Source: Alphaproteobacteria bacterium
GTDB taxonomy: Bacteria; Pseudomonadota; Alphaproteobacteria; SHVZ01
NCBI GenBank assembly: GCA_009694025.1
Contig: SHVZ01000007.1
Coordinates: 5,872-69,871, forward strand
Direction: 5' to 3'
DNA length: 64,000 bases
Shown here: positions 52,983-61,882 of the stretch, piece after piece
Layout: every line of letters starts with the position of its first letter
Numbering within the stretch: the first letter of the stretch is position 1
Translations under genes and position numbers: made by a program
The notes under the pieces: generated by a model
Told to the model about the DNA's origin: nothing
The model's input: only the letters and a program-made list of their open reading frames with translations
Database searches by the model: none

Positions 52983-53684
52983 GTGGACTGGGTCGCGCTC
53001 ACCCCCGAGGAGTGGACCGCCGTCCGCCTGAGCCTGAAGGTCGCAAGCCTGGCCACGGCGGCGAGCCTGCCGTTCGGCATCCTCGTCGCCCTGGCGCTGG
53101 CGCGCGGTCGCTTCTGGGGCAAGACGATCCTGAACGGGGTCGTCCACCTCCCCCTGGTCCTGCCGCCGGTGGTCACCGGCTTCCTTCTGCTCGTCCTGTT
53201 CGGCCGCAACGGCCCGATCGGGAGCTTCCTCGCCGAACACCTCGGTATCGTCTTCGCCTTCCGCTGGACGGGGGCCGCGCTGGCATCGGCCGTCATGGGC
53301 TTTCCCCTGATGGTCCGTGCGATCCGCCTGTCGATCGAGGCGGTCGACCGCCGGCTCGAGGCAGCGGCCGGTACGCTCGGCGCCAGCCCGGTGTGGGTCT
53401 TCGTCACGGTGACGCTGCCGCTGATCCTGCCGGGGATCATCTCCGGCATGATCCTCGCCTTCGCCAAGGCGATGGGCGAGTTCGGCGCCACCATCACCTT
53501 CGTCTCCAACATCCCGGGCGAGACCCAGACCCTGCCGGCGTTGATCTATACCTTTACGCAGGTGCCGGGCGGCGATGCCGGCGCCTATCGGCTGACCCTG
53601 GTCTCGGTCGCTGTATCGATGGCGGCGCTGATCGCCTCCGAATGGCTGGCCCAGCGCGCTTCGCGCCGGATCGAGGTCGAATGA
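52983..53684 (+). CDS. modB: molybdate ABC transporter permease
   Basis: 3' part of track ORF 52899..53684. GTG 52983 lies 2 nt after the modA stop. Typical ModB TM pattern and the FAKAMGEFGAT box. Confidence 0.88.
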   Translation: MDWVALTPEEWTAVRLSLKVASLATAASLPFGILVALALARGRFWGKTILNGVVHLPLVLPPVVTGFLLLVLFGRNGPIGSFLAEHLGIVFAFRWTGAALASAVMGFPLMVRAIRLSIEAVDRRLEAAAGTLGASPVWVFVTVTLPLILPGIISGMILAFAKAMGEFGATITFVSNIPGETQTLPALIYTFTQVPGGDAGAYRLTLVSVAVSMAALIASEWLAQRASRRIEVE

Positions 53685-54805
53685 GCGTCGACATCGACAT
53701 CCGCAACCGGCTCGGCCGCTTCGATCTGGACGTGCGGTTTTCGGCGCCCGCGGGCCTGACGGCCTTGTTCGGACCTTCCGGGGCCGGCAAGACGTCGGTC
53801 ATCAACATCATCGCCGGCCTCGTTCGCCCCGACCATGGCCGGGTTGCGGTCGACGGCGAGGTTCTGGTCGACGCCGAGCTCGGCATCTTCGTGCCGACCC
53901 ATCGCCGACGGATCGGCTACGTCTTCCAGGAGGGGCGCCTCTTTCCGCACCTGACCGTGCGCCAGAACCTCGTCTACGGACGATGGTTCGCGCCCGCGGC
54001 CGGGCGTCGGGACGATCTCGGCCACGTGGTCGGCCTCCTGGGTCTCGGAGCGCTCCTCGACCGACGCCCCGGCCGCCTCTCCGGCGGCGAGAAGCAGCGC
54101 GTCGCCATCGGCCGCGCGCTGCTCTCGAGCCCCCGCATCATCCTCATGGACGAGCCGCTGGCCTCCCTCGACGAGGCGAGGAAGGCCGAGATCCTGCCTT
54201 ATATCGAGCGGCTCCGCGACGAGACCCGCGTGCCGATCGTCTATGTCAGCCACTCCGTCACCGAGGTCGCCCGGCTGGCGACGACCATGGCCGTTCTCGC
54301 CGAGGGCCGGATCGCCGCCGTCGGACCGACCGACCAGGTGATGCAGCGCCTCGACCTGCTGCCCGAGGCGGCACGATCCGAGGCGGGCTCGGTGCTGGAG
54401 ACGACCGTCGAGTCCCATGACGAAGCCTTCGGGCTCACCACGCTGCGCTCGCCGGCCGGCGCGTTCCGAGTTCCCCGCATCGACCTCGCCGCCGGCCATC
54501 GCGTCCGCATCCGCGTCCGTTCCCGCGACGTCATCGTCGCGACGACGGCGCCGCAGGGCCTAAGCGCGATCAACGTTCTGCCGGGCGTGGTGGCGGAGAT
54601 CGGCGCCGCCGACGGTGCGGCGGCCGATATCCGCATCGACTGCGCGGGCGAGATCCTGGTCGCCCGCCTCACCCGCCACTCGATCGAGACGCTACGGCTG
54701 CGGCCGGGATTGCCGGTCTATGCGGTCATCAAGAGTGTCGCCTTCGACCGGCGCAGCATCGGCGCGCCGATGCATGGCGCGGTCGCCGGCGGCGGCGGCA
54801 CCTAG
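53681..54805 (+). CDS. modC: molybdate ABC transporter ATP-binding protein with C-terminal TOBE/Mop domain
   Basis: 3' part of track ORF 53012..54805; ATGA overlap with modB. GPSGAGKTS, LSGGEKQR, ILMDEPLASLD. C-terminal INVLPGVVAEI TOBE-like region. Confidence 0.9.
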   Translation: MSVDIDIRNRLGRFDLDVRFSAPAGLTALFGPSGAGKTSVINIIAGLVRPDHGRVAVDGEVLVDAELGIFVPTHRRRIGYVFQEGRLFPHLTVRQNLVYGRWFAPAAGRRDDLGHVVGLLGLGALLDRRPGRLSGGEKQRVAIGRALLSSPRIILMDEPLASLDEARKAEILPYIERLRDETRVPIVYVSHSVTEVARLATTMAVLAEGRIAAVGPTDQVMQRLDLLPEAARSEAGSVLETTVESHDEAFGLTTLRSPAGAFRVPRIDLAAGHRVRIRVRSRDVIVATTAPQGLSAINVLPGVVAEIGAADGAAADIRIDCAGEILVARLTRHSIETLRLRPGLPVYAVIKSVAFDRRSIGAPMHGAVAGGGGT

Positions 54806-55782
54806 GTTCGATCGAGCGGGCGCCCCGGGATCGACTGCGCGCCGTACTGGTGGTCCCAGTCATCCTGTGCCGCCTGCAGCACGCGCATGGCCGGAAGCAC
54901 CGACGGGCCGGAGGCGATCGGCGCTCGGCCCTTCTCGATCGCCTCAAGGAAGTCGAAGATCACCCGCGCGCAGTTGTCTTGTTCGCTTTCGATCGGCACC
55001 GTCCCGGCCTCCGTGCGAAGCGTGCCCGCGAGGATGTCGTAGAGGTAAGTGTCGCGATCGGTGACGATCACCTTGTCATAGAGCCGGTACGTCGCGTGAT
55101 AGGAGCCGTGGACCAGCAGCGTCTGGTCGGCTTCGGTCTCGACTACGAGCACGCATTCCATCGGAATGCCTGTTGTCGGATGCAAGCGGCCGAGGGAGCT
55201 CTGCACGCGCCGGATCGGCGTGCCGTCGAAGAGGTACATGCCGAGATCGACGAAGTGGCAGAAGTGGTGCCACAGGATGTTGTCGATCCAGCTCCGCCGG
55301 TATCCGGTGGCGCCGACGTTCACCAGGCGCTTGATGAAGAAGCGCCCGGCGATGTGGCGGATCTTCTCTTCCCCTGCGCGGATTCGTGCCCGGAGCGCGT
55401 CGCGCTCGCGCCGGAACCGCATCGGGTGGCAAAGGCCGTAGATCTTGCCGCTCCTCTCGCCGGCGGCGACCACCCGTTCGGCGCCCTTGAGGCTCATGGC
55501 GATCGGGATCTCGAGCAGAATATGCTTGCCCGCTTCCAGGCACTTGATCGCCTGCTCCTCGTGGACCTCGCTCGGACTGCCGACGATCACCGCATCGATC
55601 GCGGGGTCGGCCAACGCCTCGTCGAGCGAGACCGTCCATTTCCGGTAGCCGAAGCGCCCAGCGAACTCCTTGCTGGCCTCCGGCCGGCGGCCGACGACGG
55701 TGTGCAGGACGGCATCGGTCGTCTTCAGCACCTCCGAGTGCCAGATACCCATCATGCCGTAGCCGACCATGCAGATATTCAT
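54802..55782 (-). CDS. Gfo/Idh/MocA-family oxidoreductase
   Basis: Track ORF extends to 55812. ATG 55782 gives MNICMVGYGMMG (Rossmann start); 326 aa. Confidence 0.88.
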   Translation of the reverse strand: MNICMVGYGMMGIWHSEVLKTTDAVLHTVVGRRPEASKEFAGRFGYRKWTVSLDEALADPAIDAVIVGSPSEVHEEQAIKCLEAGKHILLEIPIAMSLKGAERVVAAGERSGKIYGLCHPMRFRRERDALRARIRAGEEKIRHIAGRFFIKRLVNVGATGYRRSWIDNILWHHFCHFVDLGMYLFDGTPIRRVQSSLGRLHPTTGIPMECVLVVETEADQTLLVHGSYHATYRLYDKVIVTDRDTYLYDILAGTLRTEAGTVPIESEQDNCARVIFDFLEAIEKGRAPIASGPSVLPAMRVLQAAQDDWDHQYGAQSIPGRPLDRT

Positions 55783-55882
55783 CGAAACCTGTCCGTGGAA
55801 TGTGGATCGCACCCGTTTGATGCCACTCTAGAGGTGAGCGATGCATCATTCCATCCGGTCACGAGAAAGACTCTGGCCAAGG

Positions 55883-56677
55883 CTAGCGACGGCGCTTCGG
55901 CTTCGGCGCCGCCGACCGCATGGCGTCGATGCCGGACCGGAGCGCGCTCTCCAGCAGCCAGATGTCGCCCATGTAGGCGATCATCCGGAAGCCCTTCCTG
56001 ATCCAGGCCTTGCCCCATTTGGGGTTGCCGACGAGGTTGCCGGCGATCTTGCCGTGGCGCTTGCAGGCGGCGAGAACGGCGTCGCGGGCACGGACGAACT
56101 CCGGCCGCTCGAATTCGAGCGGCATGCCGAGCGACACGGAGAGGTCGGTGTGGCCGACGAAGGCGACGTCGACGCCCGGCACCGCCATGATCTCATCGAC
56201 GTTGGCGACTCCCTTCCTGGTCTCGATCTTGACCATCACCAGCACGCCGGCGTTGGCCGCCTTCATGGTCTTCTTCGCATCGCCGATGACGTAGTCGTCA
56301 TGGGCGACGCCGAAGGCCGAGCCGCGGTTGCCGTGGGGCGGATAGCGGGTCGCGCGCACGATCGCTTCGGCCTGGGCCTTGGTCTCGACCACCGGCACCA
56401 GCAGCCCCTTGGCGCCGAGGTCGAGCGAGCGGGTGATGAGGTTGAAATCGTCGCCGGGTGGATTGACCAGCGGCACCAGGCCGGCGCCGCGGGCGAACTG
56501 GATCTGGTCCTTGACCGTCTCGAAGCTCCAGCCCGAATGCTCCATATCCAGGATGATGTAGTCGGCGCCGGCCGCCTTGACGATGCGGGCCAGGCCCGGG
56601 CTGTCGAACTCGAAGACCATCGTGCCGAAGACGGTCTCGCCGCGGGCGAGCCGGGCCTTAAGCGGATTGTCGCGCAC
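55883..56677 (-). CDS. HpcH/HpaI-family class II aldolase
   Basis: C-terminal 264 codons of track ORF 55883..57655. No in-frame ATG nearby; GTG 56677 gives (M)RDNPLKARLARGETVFG, the usual family N-terminus. ILDMEHSG and VMVKIET boxes. Confidence 0.82.
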   Translation of the reverse strand: MRDNPLKARLARGETVFGTMVFEFDSPGLARIVKAAGADYIILDMEHSGWSFETVKDQIQFARGAGLVPLVNPPGDDFNLITRSLDLGAKGLLVPVVETKAQAEAIVRATRYPPHGNRGSAFGVAHDDYVIGDAKKTMKAANAGVLVMVKIETRKGVANVDEIMAVPGVDVAFVGHTDLSVSLGMPLEFERPEFVRARDAVLAACKRHGKIAGNLVGNPKWGKAWIRKGFRMIAYMGDIWLLESALRSGIDAMRSAAPKPKRRR

Positions 56678-56758
56678 CGTCGTTTCTTTCCGTGCCTGTT
56701 TCGGATCGGCAAAACTGTCTAATGTATGGGCCCGCCTGGAGTCGAGAGAGCAAGTAAA

Positions 56759-57664
56759 ATGGATAATTGCCGCGTCAAAGGGCAGCCGGTGCCGAGCTCC
56801 CTGGTCGGGGAGCTGACCGACAGCGCCTCCCTCCTCGACGACCCCAAGGCGCTCCGGGCGCGCCTGGCCGACGACGGCTACCTCTTCCTTAGGGGCGTGG
56901 TCGACCGCGACACGGTCATGGAGGCCCGCCGCGAGGTGTTCAAGCGCCTGGTCGAGGTCGGCGAGATCAAGCCTCCGGCCATCGACGGGATCGCCACCGG
57001 CGACAGCCGCCGGAAGGAGCTGAAGCCGGACCTCGGCGCCTTCTGGAAATCGATCAGCGAGGGCCGGAATCTCCGGGCCGCCAGCAACGGGCGCGACATG
57101 ACCCGGATCATGTCGCTGATCTTCGCCGAGCCGGCCCGCCCCCAGGACTACATCTTCCTTCGCGCCGGCGCCCAGGGCCGCGCGACCGGGCTGCATTTCG
57201 ACTATCCGTTCTTCACCCGCGCCCATGACAAGGTGTGCACGGTGTGGCTGCCGATCGGCGATGTGCCGGTGGAGGACGGCCCGGTCGTCATCGTCGAGGG
57301 ATCGAACCGCTATCGCGACCTGATCGACCCGATGATCGGCTTCGACATCTCCAAGGACAATTCGCGGAAGGCCGATTTCGGCGCCGACGCCGTCTCCTTC
57401 GCCAAGGCGCGCGGCACCCGGCTCCTCACCCATAACTTTGAGGCCGGCGACATCGCGCTCTTCGGCATGTACACGGCGCACGGCTCGCTCGACAACCACT
57501 CGCCGATCGGCCGCGTCAGGCTCTCCTGCGATCTCCGCTGGCAGCCGGCCTCGCTGCCGCTCGACGAGCGCTACTTCGGGGAGAATCCGCCGGGGACCAC
57601 CGGCGTCGGCTACGGCGAGCTGAACGGCGCCAAGCCGCTGACCCAGGACTGGCACGTCCGGTGA
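56759..57664 (+). CDS. PhyH-family Fe(II)/2OG oxygenase
   Basis: Track start ATG 56726. ATG 56759 is preferred weakly (GAGAGAG upstream). HxD box LHFDYPFF, distal His TAHGSLDN. Confidence 0.8.
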   Translation: MDNCRVKGQPVPSSLVGELTDSASLLDDPKALRARLADDGYLFLRGVVDRDTVMEARREVFKRLVEVGEIKPPAIDGIATGDSRRKELKPDLGAFWKSISEGRNLRAASNGRDMTRIMSLIFAEPARPQDYIFLRAGAQGRATGLHFDYPFFTRAHDKVCTVWLPIGDVPVEDGPVVIVEGSNRYRDLIDPMIGFDISKDNSRKADFGADAVSFAKARGTRLLTHNFEAGDIALFGMYTAHGSLDNHSPIGRVRLSCDLRWQPASLPLDERYFGENPPGTTGVGYGELNGAKPLTQDWHVR

Positions 57665-58773
57665 CCGAACCGTCTCCGACCAGGCCGCCGCGCGACAAGG
57701 ATCAGATCCGGGCCCGCTGCACGCGGTTCCTCACCCGCCAGCGGGCGCTTTCGCCCAAAGAGACGCTGCAGGCGCTGGCCGATCACGTCGGCGCCGACGA
57801 GCGCGCCGACATGTATGGCAAGGGTAAGCTGATCGAGGATTTCGAGCGGGAGATCGCCGCCCTCCTCGGCAAGCCCGCCGCCGTCTTCATGCCCTCGGGC
57901 ACCATGGTGCAGACGATCGCTCTTCGCATCTGGTGCGGCCGCCGCGGCAGCGGCACGGTCGGCCTGCATCCTTTGAGCCATCTGGAGCGCAACGAATCCC
58001 AGGCCTACCGGGCGCTGCATGGGCTGTCCTCCCACTATCTCGGCGACGATAGCCGCCAGTTCCGCCGGAAGGACTTGGAGTCGGTCGCCGAAAAGCTGGG
58101 CGCCGCGGTCCTGGAGATGCCGCTCCGGCCGCTCGGGTGCGTGCTGCTGCCCTGGGAGGAGCTCGCGGGGCTCTCGCTTCTGGCGCGCGAGCGCGGCATC
58201 CCGCTGCACCTGGACGGGGCCCGGATCTGGGAGAGCCAGCCCTACTACGCCAAGAGCCTGCAGGAGATCGCCCGCCTCTTCGACAGCGTCTACGTCTCCT
58301 TCTACAAGGGCCTCGGCGCCATTGCCGGCGCCGCGCTGGCGGGGCCTAAGGATCTGATCGACGAGGCCTGCCTGTGGCAGCACCGCCAGGGCGGGCGCGT
58401 CGCCCAGCTCTATCCCTATGTCCTCTCGGCGCGGAAGGGACTTGCCGAGCGCCTGCCGCTGATGGGCGTCTTCCATGCGGAGATCCGCCGCGTGGCGGAG
58501 GCGCTTCGCGGCCTGCCCGGCCTCCGCGTGACGCCGGATCCGCCGGAGGCGACCTCGATGCTGATCGCGCTCCCCGGCTCCCAGGAACAGGCCGAGTCCG
58601 CGGTGCTCGACCTCGCCGAGGAAACCGGCATCTGGCTGGTCGACCGGATCATGGCGAGCCCAATCCAGGGTCTCGCGCTGGCGGAACTGACCGCCGGGAC
58701 CGGCACCTCTGCCTTCGCCTCGGCCGAGGTTCGCGCCCTGTTCGAACGGGTGCTCGCGCGGCTCGGTGGATGA
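57661..58773 (+). CDS. threonine-aldolase-like (beta-eliminating lyase family) PLP enzyme
   Basis: GTGA overlap with the upstream oxygenase. MPSGTMVQ and HLDGARIW boxes, PLP-lysine box SFYKGLGA. Confidence 0.85.
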   Translation: MTEPSPTRPPRDKDQIRARCTRFLTRQRALSPKETLQALADHVGADERADMYGKGKLIEDFEREIAALLGKPAAVFMPSGTMVQTIALRIWCGRRGSGTVGLHPLSHLERNESQAYRALHGLSSHYLGDDSRQFRRKDLESVAEKLGAAVLEMPLRPLGCVLLPWEELAGLSLLARERGIPLHLDGARIWESQPYYAKSLQEIARLFDSVYVSFYKGLGAIAGAALAGPKDLIDEACLWQHRQGGRVAQLYPYVLSARKGLAERLPLMGVFHAEIRRVAEALRGLPGLRVTPDPPEATSMLIALPGSQEQAESAVLDLAEETGIWLVDRIMASPIQGLALAELTAGTGTSAFASAEVRALFERVLARLGG

Positions 58774-58782
58774 CCGGCCCCG

Positions 58783-60057
58783 CTACTGCATCATCCGCGG
58801 CAGCCAGAGCACCAGCTCCGGCACATAGGCAACCAGGAAGATCACGGCCATCCAGGTCATGGTGTAGGGAAACAGCATGCCGAGGGCCGCGTTGTAGCTG
58901 ATCCCTGCGATGCGGCAGGCGACCATCGCCAGCACGCCGACCGGCGGCGTGACCGACCCCACCACCAGCAGCATGATGGTGACGATGCCGAAATGGACGG
59001 GGTCGTAGCCGAGGTGGCTGATCAGCGGCCCCATGATCGGGACGACGATGATCAGGGCCGGCACCGGCTCGAGGAAGGTGCCGAGCAGGAAGAAGAAGAC
59101 GATCAGCACCGCCATCGCCAGCTTGGGATCGCTGGTGATGGCCAGCATGAATTCCAGCGTGGTCTGGCCGACGCCGGCACGGCTCAGGACCCAGCTGAAG
59201 AGGGCGGCACCGCCCAGCGTCACCAGCGCGCTCGCCGTCACCTCGGCGGCCGAGGCGAAGTTGCGGTAGAGCGAGGCGAAGCTGTGTCGGCCGCCGATGG
59301 CCCCGTAGAGAAGCGCGTACAGCGCGGCGACCGACCCCGCCTCGGTCGGCGTGAAGGCGCCGGACAGGATGCCGCCGATGATGATCGCCGGCATGACCAT
59401 GGCGGGGATCGCGCGCCAGGACGCGGTGAAGACCTCCGGAAGCTTCGCCCGCGGCAACGGCCGGGCACCGGCACCCGGCGCGAGAAACCAGGTGATGATC
59501 ATCATGGCGATCCCGGCGATGATCCCGGGGATGGCGCCGCCGAGGAACAAGGCACCGATCGAGACGCCGGTGACCGAGCCGTAGATCACCGCGATGATGC
59601 TGGGCGGGATGATCGGCGCCATCATCGCCGCGCAGGCGGTGACGGCGACGGCGAAGGCCGGCTTGTAGCCCTCCTTCTTCATCGCCGGGATCATCATCGA
59701 GCCGATGGCGGCAAGGTCGGCGAGCGCCGAGCCGGAGATCGCCGCCATGAACATGTTGGTGAGGATGTTCGCCTGGGCGAGGCCGCCCCGGAGATGCCCG
59801 ATCAGCGCCTTCGACATGCCGACCAGCCGCTCGGTGATGCCGGCGACGCTCATCAGCTCACCGGCCAGGATGAACAGCGGCACCGCCAGCAGCGAGAAAT
59901 TGTCGAGGGAATCATAGAACTGCTGCGCCAGCAGCAGCACCGGGAGCTGCCCGTCGATGAGGATCGCGAGGATGGCGGCGAAGCCCATGCAGTAGGCGAT
60001 GGGCATGCCGAGGCACATGAAGACGAAGAACAGCACGAGCATCAGGCCGACGGTCAT
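58783..60057 (-). CDS. dctM: TRAP transporter large permease
   Basis: Track ORF extends to 60381. ATG 60057 (MTVGLMLVLFFVFMCLGMPIAY...) overlaps the dctQ stop (ATGA). 424 aa, highly hydrophobic. Confidence 0.9.
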   Translation of the reverse strand: MTVGLMLVLFFVFMCLGMPIAYCMGFAAILAILIDGQLPVLLLAQQFYDSLDNFSLLAVPLFILAGELMSVAGITERLVGMSKALIGHLRGGLAQANILTNMFMAAISGSALADLAAIGSMMIPAMKKEGYKPAFAVAVTACAAMMAPIIPPSIIAVIYGSVTGVSIGALFLGGAIPGIIAGIAMMIITWFLAPGAGARPLPRAKLPEVFTASWRAIPAMVMPAIIIGGILSGAFTPTEAGSVAALYALLYGAIGGRHSFASLYRNFASAAEVTASALVTLGGAALFSWVLSRAGVGQTTLEFMLAITSDPKLAMAVLIVFFFLLGTFLEPVPALIIVVPIMGPLISHLGYDPVHFGIVTIMLLVVGSVTPPVGVLAMVACRIAGISYNAALGMLFPYTMTWMAVIFLVAYVPELVLWLPRMMQ

Positions 60058-60563
60058 AGGGTTCTGTCCGTCGGCTCGTCGGATGGTTCGTGCTGCTGCC
60101 AGGTCAGGATCGTCATCAGCGATTCGAGCGCCGCGCCGACCGGGATCGCCAGATAGACCGTGTACTTCGGCACGTCGAGCAAGGGCGAGTTCTGGAACCA
60201 GGTGCGGTCGACGAACTGGATCCCGGCCCACATCAGCGTCAGGCAGAAGGCAAGGGTGAGCCCGTCCGTCAGCCCGACCACGAACCGGCGGCCCGCCGGC
60301 GGCAGCATCAACTCCAAAATCTCGATGCGGATATGGGCGCGGGACGCCGCGACCAGCGCCACGCTGATCATGACCCCCCACAGCATGGCGCCGCGAACCA
60401 GCTCCTCCGCCCAGAACAGCGACTCGTTCAGCACGTAGCGGAAGAAGACCTGGAGCAGGACGAGGAAGAAGTATCCAGCCAGCAGCGCCACCGACACGGC
60501 GGTCAGCACCGTCCGGAGACGATCGACCAGCGGACCGGTCGCCCAGGCGAGGAAGGGAGTCAT
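60054..60563 (-). CDS. dctQ: TRAP transporter small permease
   Basis: 169 aa, four hydrophobic segments, positioned between dctP and dctM. Confidence 0.85.
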   Translation of the reverse strand: MTPFLAWATGPLVDRLRTVLTAVSVALLAGYFFLVLLQVFFRYVLNESLFWAEELVRGAMLWGVMISVALVAASRAHIRIEILELMLPPAGRRFVVGLTDGLTLAFCLTLMWAGIQFVDRTWFQNSPLLDVPKYTVYLAIPVGAALESLMTILTWQQHEPSDEPTDRTL

Positions 60564-60578
60564 CAGGGCTCAGACGAA

Positions 60579-60605
60579 ACGCCCCCGGAAACGGTCCGGG
60601 GGCGT
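60579..60605 (-). promoter_or_regulatory. intercistronic stem-loop between dctP and dctQ
   Basis: Perfect 10-bp stem acgcccccgg / aaacggt / ccgggggcgt. On the transcribed strand it is followed by ttcgtct (weak U-tract). Confidence 0.45.
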
Positions 60606-60626
60606 TCGTTGCAGATCATGAGTTGC

Positions 60627-61637
60627 TCAGGCCTTGCCGGCGGCCTGGACGGCCTCGATGTAGGCCTTCGCCTTCGGCCCGGCCTTGGTGACGAAGTTGT
60701 CGATGACCGGGCCCATCTTCGAGCGGAAGGACGGAATGTTCGGCGAGGCGTTGGCGCTGACCTTGGAGGCGAGCTCGGTCCAGGCCTCCCCCTGGATCTT
60801 CAGGTTGGCTTCCCACATCTGCTTCGCCGTGGTGTCGACCGCCGCGTCGCGAAGCGCCTTCTGCACGTTGGGCGGGAGGGACGCCATCTTCTTGGCGCTG
60901 GCCATCATCGAGACCTCGGTGAAGATGTGGTAGGTGCGGGTCACGAACTTCGCGACCTCGTACTGCTTGCCTGATGTCACGAAGTCGGCAGGCGCCTCGA
61001 ATCCGTCTATCACACCGGTCTGGAGCGCGGTGTAGATCTCGCCCGCCGGGATCGGCGTCGGGTTGGTGCCGAGCGCGCGTGCCATGTCCACATAGACCGG
61101 GATCTCCGGCACGCGGAGCTTGATGCCGCGGAGGTCGTCGGCCGACTTGATCTCCTTCTTGGTCACGAAGATGCGGAAGCCCGACGCGCCGAGCGACAGG
61201 ATGTCGATGCCGAGCGTGTCCTTGGCCTCCTTGGTCACCTGCTCGCCGATCGGCCCGTAGAGGACCTTCTTCACATGATCGTAGTCGTTGAACAGGAAGG
61301 GGATGGAGGTGAAGCCGAACTGCGGCTGCCAGTTGGCCATCGTGCCGAGGTCGCTCCAGCACAGGTCGAGGGTCCCGAGCTGAAGGGCTTCCGAGGACGT
61401 ACGCAGGTTGAAGAGCTGCGAGGCCGGCCGGATGTCGATCGTCACCTGCCCGTTGGTCGCCTGCTTCACCTGATCGGCGAACTTCTCGGCGACGCCGTGG
61501 ATCAGATGCGCCGTCGGGACGTGGTGCGAGAAGACGAGCCGGATCGGCTGCGCCTGCGCCTTGGCGACATATGGCATCGCCAGAACGCCCGCGGCGCCGG
61601 CGCCGTAGCCTAAGAGTTTCCGCCTGGAAATGGTCAC
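60627..61637 (-). CDS. dctP: TRAP transporter substrate-binding protein
   Basis: GTG start with SD GGGAGGAAG. Signal peptide with RRKLL...AKAQA. DctP-family length (336 aa). Confidence 0.9.
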   Translation of the reverse strand: MTISRRKLLGYGAGAAGVLAMPYVAKAQAQPIRLVFSHHVPTAHLIHGVAEKFADQVKQATNGQVTIDIRPASQLFNLRTSSEALQLGTLDLCWSDLGTMANWQPQFGFTSIPFLFNDYDHVKKVLYGPIGEQVTKEAKDTLGIDILSLGASGFRIFVTKKEIKSADDLRGIKLRVPEIPVYVDMARALGTNPTPIPAGEIYTALQTGVIDGFEAPADFVTSGKQYEVAKFVTRTYHIFTEVSMMASAKKMASLPPNVQKALRDAAVDTTAKQMWEANLKIQGEAWTELASKVSANASPNIPSFRSKMGPVIDNFVTKAGPKAKAYIEAVQAAGKA

Positions 61638-61882
61638 TGCTTCCTCCCGTTCGCGGCTGAATGCCGACGTTTCTTTGGTCCCGCCCAGATCGCGTCGCCC
61701 GCTCTCGGGCGTCGAATTGGGCCATCCGTCGGGGTCGGAGTTTAACGACGACGGGTCATTGCTGGCAAGCTACTCCGGCGCTATATTGAAGGGCTGGCTG
61801 AGTGGCTTGTCGTTTCGGAAACGGAGCCGCTGCCGCGTCTAGTGTCTATCACCCGTTCCAGGTGCCCGGCGGAGGAACCTCG

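Noticed and set aside
56678-57655. Upstream two-thirds of track ORF 55883..57655 (minus strand)
   Set aside because: It is antisense to the PhyH gene and low-complexity. Only the aldolase portion (55883..56677) is real.
60058-60381. 108-codon N-terminal extension of the dctM track ORF
   Set aside because: It overlaps dctQ in another frame and is Arg/Pro/Asp-rich. ATG 60057 gives the typical hydrophobic DctM N-terminus and an ATGA junction with dctQ.
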